Shown piece by piece: positions 1 through 8,858 of a DNA stretch of 64,000 nt. Below the pieces are notes generated by a model, which ran no database searches, was not told the origin of the DNA, and worked only from the letters and a program-made list of their open reading frames with translations. The translations under genes were made by a program, and so were the position numbers. Source of the DNA: Minisyncoccota bacterium (GTDB lineage: Bacteria; Patescibacteriota; Minisyncoccia; Phycocordibacterales; CSBR16-119); NCBI GenBank assembly GCA_041389065.1, contig JAWKSM010000002.1:65556-129555 (forward strand), written 5' to 3'. The stretch's first letter is position 1. Every line of letters begins with the position of its first letter.

Positions 1-388
1 GGGATTCCCCTTTCGCCGGAGCTGAAATTACAACCCTTTTTGCGCCGCCGTCTAAATGAGCTTTTGCTTTATCAAAGCTCGTAAAAAATCCAGTTGATTC
101 TACAACAACATCAATATCCAAATCTTTCCAAGGAAGTTCTTCTGGTTTTGGATTTGAGAAATATTTGATTGTTTTTCCGTCTATAACCAAGTCGCCGTTT
201 TCTGTTTTTGTTTCAAATGGTGAAATCCCGTAAGCTGTGTCGTATTTAAAAAGATAGGCAAGATTTTCTATGTCACCCAAATCATTTATCGCAACAATAT
301 TTATTTCTGGGCTAGAAATCGCAACTCGCACAAATGCTCGTCCAATTCTACCAAAACCATTTATCGCAACATTTATTTTTTTATCCAT
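1..388 (-). CDS. gap: glyceraldehyde-3-phosphate dehydrogenase, N-terminal part (gene runs off the window start)
   Basis: Reverse translation from the ATG at 386-388 gives MDKKINVAINGFGRIGRAFVR...DVVVESTGFF...RVVISAPAKG, with the NAD-binding GFGRIGR motif. It is absent from the ORF track because the window edge truncates it. Confidence 0.9.
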   Translation of the reverse strand, partial: MDKKINVAINGFGRIGRAFVRVAISSPEINIVAINDLGDIENLAYLFKYDTAYGISPFETKTENGDLVIDGKTIKYFSNPKPEELPWKDLDIDVVVESTGFFTSFDKAKAHLDGGAKRVVISAPAKGES

Positions 389-398
389 AGAAATAAAT

Positions 399-854
399 TT
401 AACTTATTAATTCACTAAGGTTTATAGTTTGGTCGCCCATCAAACTGACAAGAACTGCGCCGACAATAATAATCACAAGCTTTCCCCACCAGGTTTCGTA
501 CCACATCCTAGTTCTTGTTGCTTGGATAATTTGCTTAAGCTCTCCTTCAATTTTTTTATTTCCAGCAATTTCAGTGTCTATAATTTCTTTTATCTCAGAT
601 TTTGATTCTTCTTTTGTCCCGCTTGATTCTTCGGCTTTTTTAATATCTCTTTGTTTTTTGTATCTGTGTTCCAAGATTAGCTTTTCTTCAGAAACAAGAA
701 ATTTAATTTTTTCACCGAGTTCGGTTTTTTGTTCTGGAGAAATATGATCTTGAATTCTCTTTTTTTCAATAGCAACAATTTCTGCTTGAATTTCAAGCAA
801 CCTTTCGTTTGCATTTAGATCGAGATATTGTGCAGATTTATCCTCGGGACTCAT
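399..854 (-). CDS. hypothetical coiled-coil protein with a C-terminal transmembrane helix
   Basis: 151-aa track ORF rich in K/E heptad-like sequence. The hydrophobic stretch WWGKLVIIIVGAVLVSLMG lies near the C-terminus. No recognisable family. Confidence 0.5.
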   Translation of the reverse strand: MSPEDKSAQYLDLNANERLLEIQAEIVAIEKKRIQDHISPEQKTELGEKIKFLVSEEKLILEHRYKKQRDIKKAEESSGTKEESKSEIKEIIDTEIAGNKKIEGELKQIIQATRTRMWYETWWGKLVIIIVGAVLVSLMGDQTINLSELIS

Positions 855-873
855 GATTATATTTTAGCAGAAA

Positions 874-889
874 AGCCCCAAAAGGGGCT
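874..889 (-). terminator. rho-independent terminator hairpin
   Basis: AGCCCC-AAAA-GGGGCT stem-loop. On the minus strand it is followed by TTTTCTGC. It sits downstream of the small ORF 968..1123. Confidence 0.5.
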
Positions 890-967
890 GTGGAGAATAG
901 TTTTTATAAAAAATAACACTCCGAGACAAATTCCCGGAGTGCTGTTGCATCACAAATCTCCATGTGA

Positions 968-1123
968 TTACGACCTGGGTGGATAAAAAGAGTGGATGAG
1001 GCCGATAAACGATATAGCGATTACGGCAACACCGACCAGTTTCTGGTACTCAGGCAATACAAGCATCAGTACCCCCATCAACAGGATGGACCAAAGATAC
1101 TTATTAAGACTTTTTGAGCTCAT
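968..1123 (-). CDS. small hydrophobic protein (51 aa), hypothetical
   Basis: Hand-translated ATG..TAA ORF: MSSKSLNKYLWSILLMGVLMLVLPEYQKLVGVAVIAISFIGLIHSFYPPRS. It has two predicted TM segments and a terminator downstream. It is below the track's size cut-off. Confidence 0.35.
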   Translation of the reverse strand: MSSKSLNKYLWSILLMGVLMLVLPEYQKLVGVAVIAISFIGLIHSFYPPRS

Positions 1124-1228
1124 TGTGTGTGTTTTGTGTCACCATCTTAGGGTGACTAGTTGATGTACTTTTGTCTTTAATTTTATAGAATTTTATTTAT
1201 AATTTGTCAAGTTTAATTCGGAGGTGTG

Positions 1229-1390
1229 CGACCCTACACGAGAATACCGTTAAGAAAACAATAGATTTTGTCTTAAAAACCAGCACTGTCTAAACAAAAA
1301 CCAAAAGTGTATAGACTTTTGGTTTTTGTGAGTTTGCAGGTTTTTTGACTTAAAATCTATTGTTTTTAGGTGTGAAGTGTGGGTCTAGAA
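1229..1390. repeat. nested imperfect inverted repeat (MITE-like element or compound terminator)
   Basis: Outer arms GACCCTACAC (1231-1240) and GTGTGGGTC (1377-1385). Middle arms are AAAACAATAGATTTT (1255-1269) and its exact complement AAAATCTATTGTTTT (1352-1366). The central 13-bp hairpin is AAAAACCAAAAGT/ACTTTTGGTTTTT (1296-1327). Confidence 0.5.
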
Positions 1391-1435
1391 GTTTTTGTTA
1401 CTTTTTTGTCATGAAAAAAGTAATGACTTTTAAAT

Positions 1436-2845
1436 TTATTTAAGTAGGCCAATCAAAACCTCTGTTGCAACTTGTGGGTTTGCGCTTCCTTTACTTTCTT
1501 TCATGACTTGTCCCATTAAGAATTTTAGAGAGTTTTCATTTCCAGATTTATAGTCCGCAACAACTTTTTCGTTTGCGTTTATTACATTTTGCACAATTTC
1601 TTTTATTGCATCTTCATTTGATTCTTGAAGAAGGCCTTTTTCTTTTGCAATTTCTTCTGGGTTTCCACCTAATTCACACAAAATAGCTAAAATATCTTTC
1701 GCTCCACGCGAATTTATTTTGTTTTCAGAAACCATTTTTATCAAACCAACAAATTCAGAAACTTCTGGAATTTTAAAATTATCTTTTGTTGCGCGAATTC
1801 CAGCCATATCTGTTGTTATATAATTTACAGCTTTTTTTATCATTTCTTTGTCAGAAATTTCTTTTACAACTTCTTCAAAAAACTTTCCAATTTCAAAATC
1901 AGACAAAAAAACTTCCACGTCTTCTGACTTCAAACCAAAAGACGCATATCTTTCCCTCTTTTCCCACGGAAGCTCTGGAAGGTTTTCGCGCAATTTATCC
2001 AAATCAAAAACATCGTGCAAATACATTTTTGGCAAATCTGGTTCTGGGAAATATCTATAGTCTTCAGAATTTTCCTTTGATCTTTGAGAGAAAGTCACTT
2101 CTTTGTTTTCATCCCAACCTCTTGTTTCCTGCACAATTTCAATTCCACGACCTTCTTCCAAAAGCGCAATGTGTCTTTCAATCTCGAATTTTGCAGCTTT
2201 TTCTACTGCGCGGAAAGAGTTTATATTTTTTACTTCGACTTTTGTTCCAAATTTTTCTGTGTCAGAAACAGACAAGTTCAGCTCAACTCGCATTTCACCT
2301 TTTTCCATATTCGCATCTGAAACACCAAGGGTTCGCAAAAGCAACTGAAGTTCACGCCCAAAATTCCCCGCGTCTTCAGCGCTGTGGATTACAGGTTCTG
2401 TCACAAGCTCCATAAGTGGAAGTCCTGCTCGATTAAAATCTATAAGTGAAGCTTCTGCTGTGTGTTTATTGTTTGCAGTGTCTTCTTCCAAGTGAATACG
2501 AGTTATCTTCACACCAGCAAGTTCCCCACCAGAAACTATCGGATATTTGTATTGAGAGATTTGATAGCCTTTTGGAATATCTGGATAGAAATAGTTTTTT
2601 CTGTCCCATTCTGTGAAGTTCGCAATATTTCCGTTTATCGCAAGCCCAACTTTTATCACGTTTTCAATGGCTTGCTTGTTTAACACAGGAAGTGTTCCCG
2701 GATGAGCCATACAAACCGGACAAATATTTGTGTTTGGTTTTTCTTCGTCAGGATTGTTTTTGCACGAACAAAACATCTTTGAAGCTGTCTTCAATTCTGC
2801 GTGAACTTCGAGACCGATTGTTACTTTATATTTAGATTCGCTCAT
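1436..2845 (-). CDS. gatB: Asp/Glu-tRNA(Asn/Gln) amidotransferase subunit B
   Basis: 469 aa. The N-terminus is YKVTIGLEVHAELKT...CSCKN...CPVCMAHPGTLPVLN, and a C-terminal YqeY-like domain is present. Typical GatB. Confidence 0.95.
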   Translation of the reverse strand: MSESKYKVTIGLEVHAELKTASKMFCSCKNNPDEEKPNTNICPVCMAHPGTLPVLNKQAIENVIKVGLAINGNIANFTEWDRKNYFYPDIPKGYQISQYKYPIVSGGELAGVKITRIHLEEDTANNKHTAEASLIDFNRAGLPLMELVTEPVIHSAEDAGNFGRELQLLLRTLGVSDANMEKGEMRVELNLSVSDTEKFGTKVEVKNINSFRAVEKAAKFEIERHIALLEEGRGIEIVQETRGWDENKEVTFSQRSKENSEDYRYFPEPDLPKMYLHDVFDLDKLRENLPELPWEKRERYASFGLKSEDVEVFLSDFEIGKFFEEVVKEISDKEMIKKAVNYITTDMAGIRATKDNFKIPEVSEFVGLIKMVSENKINSRGAKDILAILCELGGNPEEIAKEKGLLQESNEDAIKEIVQNVINANEKVVADYKSGNENSLKFLMGQVMKESKGSANPQVATEVLIGLLK

Positions 2846-2916
2846 GAAGGGTATTTTAGCAGAAAATTTGATTTTCTTGAAGGTTTGACAAAAGGCACAA
2901 AAAGTTTATTGTTTAA

Positions 2917-3384
2917 ATGAAAACCAAAACGTACGTTGCCATGAAAGTCTCACAGATGATGGCTATTACAAGAGAAAAGATGCCTGGAATGATCACAGGC
3001 GTACACACTCTAGGATTTCTTGCTATTTTAGGAAACCTTATTGGTATACATCACGAATCAATTGCAGCTAAAATTATTGAGTTTATCTTTTTTCTCTCTG
3101 TAATGATTATGATTAGTTTCAGCCTTGGTTATATGGTAGTAAACTGGAAAAAAGCTATACCTTTCGAAATATTACTACTAATAGTTATTTACATGTCTGC
3201 CGACCGTGCAGTTGATATTATCGCCTTATTGCAAGGATTTAATCTTAGTGAACCAAACATCAACATTAATATAAAGAAGGCATACTTCAATATCTTTATT
3301 GCTTGGACTGTATGTATAACGGCCTTCCAAATACTTATAAAAAGGGTTGGCATGAAAGTTAGAATTAGAGATAATGATCAGTAA
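2917..3384 (+). CDS. hypothetical multi-pass membrane protein
   Basis: 155-aa track ORF with four hydrophobic segments, followed by a strong terminator. Confidence 0.5.
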   Translation: MKTKTYVAMKVSQMMAITREKMPGMITGVHTLGFLAILGNLIGIHHESIAAKIIEFIFFLSVMIMISFSLGYMVVNWKKAIPFEILLLIVIYMSADRAVDIIALLQGFNLSEPNININIKKAYFNIFIAWTVCITAFQILIKRVGMKVRIRDNDQ

Positions 3385-3407
3385 GCAACTAAGTTGGAAA
3401 AATGTCC

Positions 3408-3437
3408 AAAGGGGCGCGCCGCAAGGCGCGCCCTTTC
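3408..3437. terminator. bidirectional rho-independent terminator
   Basis: GGGCGCGCC-GCAA-GGCGCGCCC is flanked by AAAG and TTTC. It lies between convergent genes. Confidence 0.75.
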
Positions 3438-3462
3438 ATCTTGTAATTTTTTAAAATAAAAA

Positions 3463-4461
3463 TTATTGCTTTCTCAAAATCTTCACCAATTCATCAGAAA
3501 CTTTTTTCATCGATTCATCATCGAAAGCCGACATTATAAAAACTGGTTTGCCAAGCTTATCAAATTCTTTCTTTGTTTTTGAAACAGTTTCTTCGTCCAC
3601 AACATCTGTTTTTGTAAGCAAAATAATTTCAGGTTTTTCTGCAAGTTCTAAATCGTAATCTTCAAGCTCTTTTCTGATATTTTTATAAGTTTCCATCATA
3701 TCACCCTGCCCGCCTTCAGCATTCGGGCCAGCATTTTCAAAAGACACGAGATGTGCAATCATTTTTGTTCTTTTTATATGTTTTAGAAATTTAAGCCCAA
3801 GACCTTTTCCCTCTGATGCACCTTCAATAATCCCTGGAATATCTGCAATAACAAACTCTTGCAAAACCCCAAGATGCGGATCAAGAGTTGTGAAAGGATA
3901 AGCACCAATTTTTGATTTTGCGTTTGTAACAGAATTTAAAAATGTCGACTTCCCTGCGTTTGGATAACCCACAAGCCCCAAATCAGCGAAAAGTCGAAGT
4001 TCAATAAAAAAGTTTCCGTCTTGACCTTCTTTTCCCGGAGTTGATTCATACGGAGTTGTGTTTGTCGAAGATTTAAAGTGTTCGTTTCCAAGTCCACCTC
4101 GGCCACCTTTCAAAATCAAAATTTCTTTTCCATCAGCATCGACATCATATTCTTCACCAGTATCTAAATTTGTCACAAGAGAACCAACCGGAACTTTTAT
4201 AAACAAGTCATTTCCATTTGCACCTTCTCGACTGTTTTTTGCACCAGCTTCTCCAGCTTCAGCCCTGAAATTTGGTTCGTGTGTGTAATCAGAAAGAAGC
4301 GATGCATCTCGCACGCCCTTTAGATAAACATCGCCACCTTTTCCGCCGTTTCCACCCGCAGGCCCTGACCAAGGTTTTGATTTTTCACGAAGCCAACGCA
4401 CGACACCATCGCCGCCGTTCCCCGCTTTTGCATATATTTTTAATTCATCAACTAGTGCCAT
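3463..4461 (-). CDS. obg: GTPase Obg/CgtA
   Basis: 332 aa. The Gly-rich Obg fold is GNGGDGVV...GGNGGKGGDV, followed by the G-domain motifs GYPNAGKST, DIPG and TKTD. Confidence 0.95.
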   Translation of the reverse strand: MALVDELKIYAKAGNGGDGVVRWLREKSKPWSGPAGGNGGKGGDVYLKGVRDASLLSDYTHEPNFRAEAGEAGAKNSREGANGNDLFIKVPVGSLVTNLDTGEEYDVDADGKEILILKGGRGGLGNEHFKSSTNTTPYESTPGKEGQDGNFFIELRLFADLGLVGYPNAGKSTFLNSVTNAKSKIGAYPFTTLDPHLGVLQEFVIADIPGIIEGASEGKGLGLKFLKHIKRTKMIAHLVSFENAGPNAEGGQGDMMETYKNIRKELEDYDLELAEKPEIILLTKTDVVDEETVSKTKKEFDKLGKPVFIMSAFDDESMKKVSDELVKILRKQ

Positions 4462-4470
4462 ATTTTTATT

Positions 4471-4758
4471 TTATGCAGCTTCTTCTAGACCATCTTCTCT
4501 ATTTTCTGAATCATATTTTTTAAAACCCTCACCAAGATGAGAAACATTAAATTTTACTGAAAACTTACCTCTGTCTTCTGCCACAAAAGCAATATTGCCA
4601 TATTTGGCATTTATCATATCAACACGATCTTTTGCTTCTTCTTCTGTGTCGAAAGAAAGCTTTTCTATTTCAGTTTCTTCAAAAAACCTCATAACCGCCT
4701 CTTCTTTTTCAGTTAGTTCTCTTTTTGCATTGAATTTTAGTTCCGGGTTATTTTCCAT
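4471..4758 (-). CDS. hypothetical acidic protein
   Basis: Track ORF 4471..4794. I prefer the internal ATG (MENNPELKF...) because it avoids overlap with the upstream gene's stop at 4769. Confidence 0.45.
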   Translation of the reverse strand: MENNPELKFNAKRELTEKEEAVMRFFEETEIEKLSFDTEEEAKDRVDMINAKYGNIAFVAEDRGKFSVKFNVSHLGEGFKKYDSENREDGLEEAA

Positions 4759-4768
4759 ATCTATTAAA

Positions 4769-5689
4769 TTAACTATTAATTGATAATTTAGCAAGCTCTA
4801 CTGCATCTTGTCTTTTTTCGGCGACACAATAAAATCCGGAGTTATGGCAAAAACTCGCCGAAGAAATTCCTGTGACTTTTTGCAATTCTTCGTCACGCAG
4901 ACCTCGCCAATTTTCCGGAAAAGGCTTTTTGCTTTCCATATTTTGCAGGCCGATTCTCGTCGCCAAAATTTTCCATATTTTCATATCGGTGCTTGGATAA
5001 ACAACATATAAAAGCTCTGGCAAATTTAAAGAAGCAACAGCAAGAGAAAATCTTTCGTAAGGATTTTCTACAACTGCCAATCTTTTGTCTTCAGATTTTT
5101 CGTAAAGATTTTTTAAATACAAATTAATTTCAAATTGTTTTTTTGTTTTTATGATACACTTCTGCAAAATTCTTTTCGCAAGCAAAACAAGCTCGTTAAA
5201 AGCTCTAAAGTATTCTACTTCGCTCGCATCTTCGTTTGGATAGTAGAGTCCAGTAATATCCTGAAAAGTTATGGGCGAAACATTTTCAATCTGCGAAATG
5301 TAGACGTTCATTCCGTTGTCGTTTGCATCGACTGGCTGTGCCAAAGCTCTGTCTATTTCTTTTGCAACTTCAAAATCACCACAAATCTCAGCGCCAAACT
5401 TTTTCCAAACCAAACCAAAGGCCGCAAAAGGCACTCCGTTTTCTCGCACTCCAGCGCCGCCTTTTTGATGATGATCAAACCTGTTTGAATTTGGGTCGTA
5501 AATCCCACCAACATCAAAAACAAAGTCAGCTTCTTTAATTATTTTTTCATCACGAGTTCTTACAATTTCAAAATCTTCACCTATTTTTTCTAAATAAATT
5601 TGAAGAGTTGCAGAGGCAAAAATATCGTCAGAATGAAATCCGCCGTTGTGGGTCGCTAGAACTTTTTTCTTTTTTAAAAATGAAAACAT
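4769..5689 (-). CDS. MYG1/UPF0160-family metal-dependent hydrolase
   Basis: 306 aa. It contains HNGGFHSDDIFA...FDHHQ...HNSGF, the MYG1-family histidine/aspartate motifs. Confidence 0.8.
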   Translation of the reverse strand: MFSFLKKKKVLATHNGGFHSDDIFASATLQIYLEKIGEDFEIVRTRDEKIIKEADFVFDVGGIYDPNSNRFDHHQKGGAGVRENGVPFAAFGLVWKKFGAEICGDFEVAKEIDRALAQPVDANDNGMNVYISQIENVSPITFQDITGLYYPNEDASEVEYFRAFNELVLLAKRILQKCIIKTKKQFEINLYLKNLYEKSEDKRLAVVENPYERFSLAVASLNLPELLYVVYPSTDMKIWKILATRIGLQNMESKKPFPENWRGLRDEELQKVTGISSASFCHNSGFYCVAEKRQDAVELAKLSINS

Positions 5690-6030
5690 TATTCTTTATC
5701 GATAACCTTGTCAGAAAGCCAGTTTAAAATTGAAACAATCACCGATCCCCAAAGTGCGTCTGTGAAAGATTCGACAGAAAACCCAGAAACAATAGTCGAA
5801 ACGAACCAGAAAAAAAGACCATTTAAAACTATAGAGAAAATTCCGAGAGTAAGAATATTTATCGGCAAAGTCAAGATTTTTATTATTGGTTTTATTATCG
5901 TGTGAATAAAAACCAAAACAGCTCCAGCTATTATTGCCGGCAAAACTCCCACAACCTCAATCCCAGAAACAAAATACGCAGCAGCAATAACTGCGAGTAT
6001 CAACATTAACCATCTAAAAAATATATTCAT
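5689..6030 (-). CDS. YvlD/holin-4-like (DUF360) small membrane protein
   Basis: 113 aa with four TM helices. The pattern IIKPIIKILTLPINILTLGIFSIVLNGLFFW is typical of the phage_holin_4_2/YvlD family. A TAATG stop-start overlap couples it to the next gene. Confidence 0.65.
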   Translation of the reverse strand: MNIFFRWLMLILAVIAAAYFVSGIEVVGVLPAIIAGAVLVFIHTIIKPIIKILTLPINILTLGIFSIVLNGLFFWFVSTIVSGFSVESFTDALWGSVIVSILNWLSDKVIDKE

Positions 6031-6070
6031 CCGGATAGTGATGGGCGCACACTGTGAACGCCCAAATTAA

Positions 6071-6526
6071 TTAAGCAAATAATCCATCGACCACTTTTTT
6101 TACATCTCCTCCATCAGCCTTTCCTTTTAAATCTTTCATGAGCGCTCCCATAAACTGACCTTTTTGTGATGCATCTACAACGCCCATTTCTGATTTTTTG
6201 TTTTCTGCAAAAGTGCGAATTTCTTCGATAGACATTAAAGTCGGAAGAAATTCTTCCAAAACAGCAAGTTCCTTCTTTTCGTTTTCTGCTAAGTCAGCGC
6301 GACCACCAGATTCAATCTGAGAAATAGAGTCTTTTCTTTGTTTTGACAAACGGGTCACTACAGCCAGCGCTTCGTCATCAGAAAGCGCGTCTTGCGGAGT
6401 TCTTTTTGTCGCAACAAGTTCATTTGTAAAAGCAGACAAAACGCCTTTCAAAACAAGCACTCTTGTTTCGTCTTTTGCTTTCATTGCATTTTTCACCTCT
6501 TCTTTAATTTTTTCTTGAAATGTCAT
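6071..6526 (-). CDS. yqeY: GatB/YqeY domain protein
   Basis: 151 aa. It contains IKEEVKNAMKAKD...LKGVLSAF...DLKGKADGGDVKKVV, typical of YqeY. Confidence 0.85.
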   Translation of the reverse strand: MTFQEKIKEEVKNAMKAKDETRVLVLKGVLSAFTNELVATKRTPQDALSDDEALAVVTRLSKQRKDSISQIESGGRADLAENEKKELAVLEEFLPTLMSIEEIRTFAENKKSEMGVVDASQKGQFMGALMKDLKGKADGGDVKKVVDGLFA

Positions 6527-6531
6527 AATTT

Positions 6532-6642
6532 TTAAAGATTATCAATAATTTTTTCCACTTTTTCCAATCGTTTAACCAAATCTTGAAATTCGCCGTATGT
6601 TACAAATTCGTCTTTTTTATTTTTCTTAACAAACTTTTTCAT
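6532..6642 (-). CDS. small hypothetical protein (36 aa)
   Basis: Hand-translated ATG..TAA ORF: MKKFVKKNKKDEFVTYGEFQDLVKRLEKVEKIIDNL. It ends 5 nt before the yqeY start and is below the track's size cut-off. Confidence 0.3.
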   Translation of the reverse strand: MKKFVKKNKKDEFVTYGEFQDLVKRLEKVEKIIDNL

Positions 6643-6675
6643 AACCATATTTTAACATATTCACCCAAAACAAAA

Positions 6676-6699
6676 CCAGCGCGCCTTACGGCGCGCTGG
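6676..6699 (-). terminator. rho-independent terminator
   Basis: CCAGCGCGCC-TTAC-GGCGCGCTGG. On the minus strand it is followed by TTTTGTTTTGGG. It lies directly downstream of the 705-aa gene. Confidence 0.75.
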
Positions 6700-6706
6700 A
6701 AAATAG

Positions 6707-8824
6707 TTACCTGCGGAAGCGAAAGACGAGCCAGTAGTCGCCATACCACCTCTTGCCCGGACTCGCAGTACCCGCGTAAAGCTCTAGCTCAGCGCCGTCC
6801 GAGCCAAGGCTGAACACATACGGGCTGCCATCACGGTCGACAATCCGCTTCATAACAATAAGCATCCATTCACCACCGCCATATTTTAAACGGAGCTGTG
6901 GGCCAACCTCTGCCGGACAAAGCTCTAGTCCGAGATCTTGTGCTTTTTGGTAAATCTGATCAGTTGTCGCGCTGGTTAGGCCAAGCTCTGAAGCAGTAAA
7001 TCTTACTAAATCATATTTCTCAACCTTTTTACTAAATTCTGTTTTGTATAAAATATTTTTTTCCCAATCTGAGATAAAAATTCCCTTATCTGTCATTTTT
7101 TGTTCGGCTTTTTGGGGTGAATCAATCGACGGGTCTGTTTCGAGTGTCATCATGAAAATTTTCTCTTCCGGGAATTTTTTGTAGAGATGCTCGATCTGCG
7201 GGAAATTTTTAAGTTTTTGGAAAACTTCTACGCTCCACTCGCCGACATATGCTTTTGTATTTTCATTTACCTCATTTATATTCCTCGCGACTTGTTCTTG
7301 TGTACAATCAAAAATAACAAGCATGTCTTCTTCGATATTTCTTTCTGCCAGAAGCTCGACAATACGTGGATCTTTTTGATATCCAAAACCTTCTATCGGA
7401 CTTTTCATCTCATACAAAAATTCAAGTTCTTCTTTTGAAAGTTTTGGATTTAGATATTTTTTCTCACCCGTTTGTTTGTCTTCAATAAAAGATTTATTGT
7501 AAATTTCTGTCATTTTACGCATGTCGCGATCTTTCTTTTCGTATTTTTCTGCTCCGGGCAGGTCTTTGTACTTTTCTTTGGCAATATCTACAAGCTGTGG
7601 TTCGAGTTCTTGTTGTGGGTTCACTCCACGGATTTCAGCAATCTCTCCGTTTATTGTTCGTATAGCAATACGTGGCTCGGTATTGAGACCTTGCTTATTT
7701 TTCGTATAGTAGACATAAAAGTCCCCCTGTTCCACATGACATTTGGCGGAACCTTCGGCGGTGCACCAGCCGGTGCCTTTTCCGTATAGAGATTGCTCGA
7801 GCTGTTTGTAATCTCCACCTTGAGGATATTTCACCCATTCGCCCACAATAGATTCGCGATTCATTGAACCGGCTGTTTCAACTTGGGCAAACGCGTAAAG
7901 TTTAGCAAAATCACCTGTTTCAAGTCTTTTTAGAAATTCATCAACGAGCTCTTTTTGTTTTTCTTCGTCTTTTTCTAAAATATAAGGAGCAAGAAAACCT
8001 TCAGCTCGTTTAATTTTGTTTTGTCTTATAAATTCTCCGCGTTTTTTATTTCGCAAATTTTTAAGTGCACCCTTTCGAGCTTCTTCGACAAATTCTGGTT
8101 TTGATTTTTCTAAAATCCTCTTTTCGGTTTCTTCGTCTAAAACAGTATTCTCTAATATATCTTTTTCAACTTCTTCAGGAACCCCAAAAGTGTCGAATTC
8201 CATTTGCATTTCTAAAGACCTTCGCACGAAACCAAGCGACTCTGAATTTCTTTCTGGAAAAGGTGCAATTGTGTCTTTGGTCCGTTCGGCGTATCGTGCC
8301 TCGTCACGATAAAAACGACCCATATCAGAGAGTCCACGAAGAGTATAATATTTAAACCACATTGGATAATCGTCAGAATCTTTTAGATATGAAAGCCAAT
8401 TATCTAAAGTCTCTTGTTGAATTTCATATTTTTCAATGATTGAGTTTTTATATCTTTCAATAGCCTCTTCTTCGTCTAAGTTTTCAATATCTCCTCCACG
8501 ACCTTGATTTATCGCTTGCCTTTTTTCTGACTCATAAAGATCGTTTGCGAGCTTGGAAACCAACTCTTCGTTTTCAATATCTAATACAAATTCGGCTTTT
8601 ATTTTCTGGATTAAAAGATCTGCGCCAGTTCTGCCTTCTGGCCGTTCTGTTTTTAAAATCCTATCAATACGGTCAAGATATTCTTGAATTGGGGAATTTT
8701 CTAATTGCTCATCTAGCTGAAATTTTTCTTTTATTTTGTTCGCACGAGTAACTTCCTTACTTTTTTCAAGATCTGGAAGCTTTTTCTTTAAAAATGATAC
8801 TTCTGGATTTTCACTAAATTTCAT
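6707..8824 (-). CDS. large hypothetical protein (705 aa) with a compositionally distinct C-terminal end
   Basis: Single uninterrupted track ORF with no family I can name. The conserved-looking core is GKGTGWCTAEGSAKCHVEQGDFYVYYT. The last ~95 codons are far more GC-rich than the rest. Confidence 0.6.
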   Translation of the reverse strand: MKFSENPEVSFLKKKLPDLEKSKEVTRANKIKEKFQLDEQLENSPIQEYLDRIDRILKTERPEGRTGADLLIQKIKAEFVLDIENEELVSKLANDLYESEKRQAINQGRGGDIENLDEEEAIERYKNSIIEKYEIQQETLDNWLSYLKDSDDYPMWFKYYTLRGLSDMGRFYRDEARYAERTKDTIAPFPERNSESLGFVRRSLEMQMEFDTFGVPEEVEKDILENTVLDEETEKRILEKSKPEFVEEARKGALKNLRNKKRGEFIRQNKIKRAEGFLAPYILEKDEEKQKELVDEFLKRLETGDFAKLYAFAQVETAGSMNRESIVGEWVKYPQGGDYKQLEQSLYGKGTGWCTAEGSAKCHVEQGDFYVYYTKNKQGLNTEPRIAIRTINGEIAEIRGVNPQQELEPQLVDIAKEKYKDLPGAEKYEKKDRDMRKMTEIYNKSFIEDKQTGEKKYLNPKLSKEELEFLYEMKSPIEGFGYQKDPRIVELLAERNIEEDMLVIFDCTQEQVARNINEVNENTKAYVGEWSVEVFQKLKNFPQIEHLYKKFPEEKIFMMTLETDPSIDSPQKAEQKMTDKGIFISDWEKNILYKTEFSKKVEKYDLVRFTASELGLTSATTDQIYQKAQDLGLELCPAEVGPQLRLKYGGGEWMLIVMKRIVDRDGSPYVFSLGSDGAELELYAGTASPGKRWYGDYWLVFRFRR

Positions 8825-8858
8825 AACAATATTTTAGCATATTTGTTATACTGTGCAC

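Noticed and set aside
1786-2415. 209-aa plus-strand ORF, with several smaller ones at 1848-2683, inside gatB
   Set aside because: It is antisense shadow of a well-conserved gene, with low-complexity Leu/Phe/Gln-rich sequence. The same applies to the antisense track ORFs inside dus (46237..46821), serS (48858..49310), murJ, leuS, copA, topA and others.
5689-6030. Holin-family gene as evidence of a prophage
   Set aside because: It is embedded in an obg-MYG1-yqeY housekeeping operon with translational coupling, and no other phage genes are nearby. The YvlD/DUF360 family is widespread as a chromosomal membrane protein.
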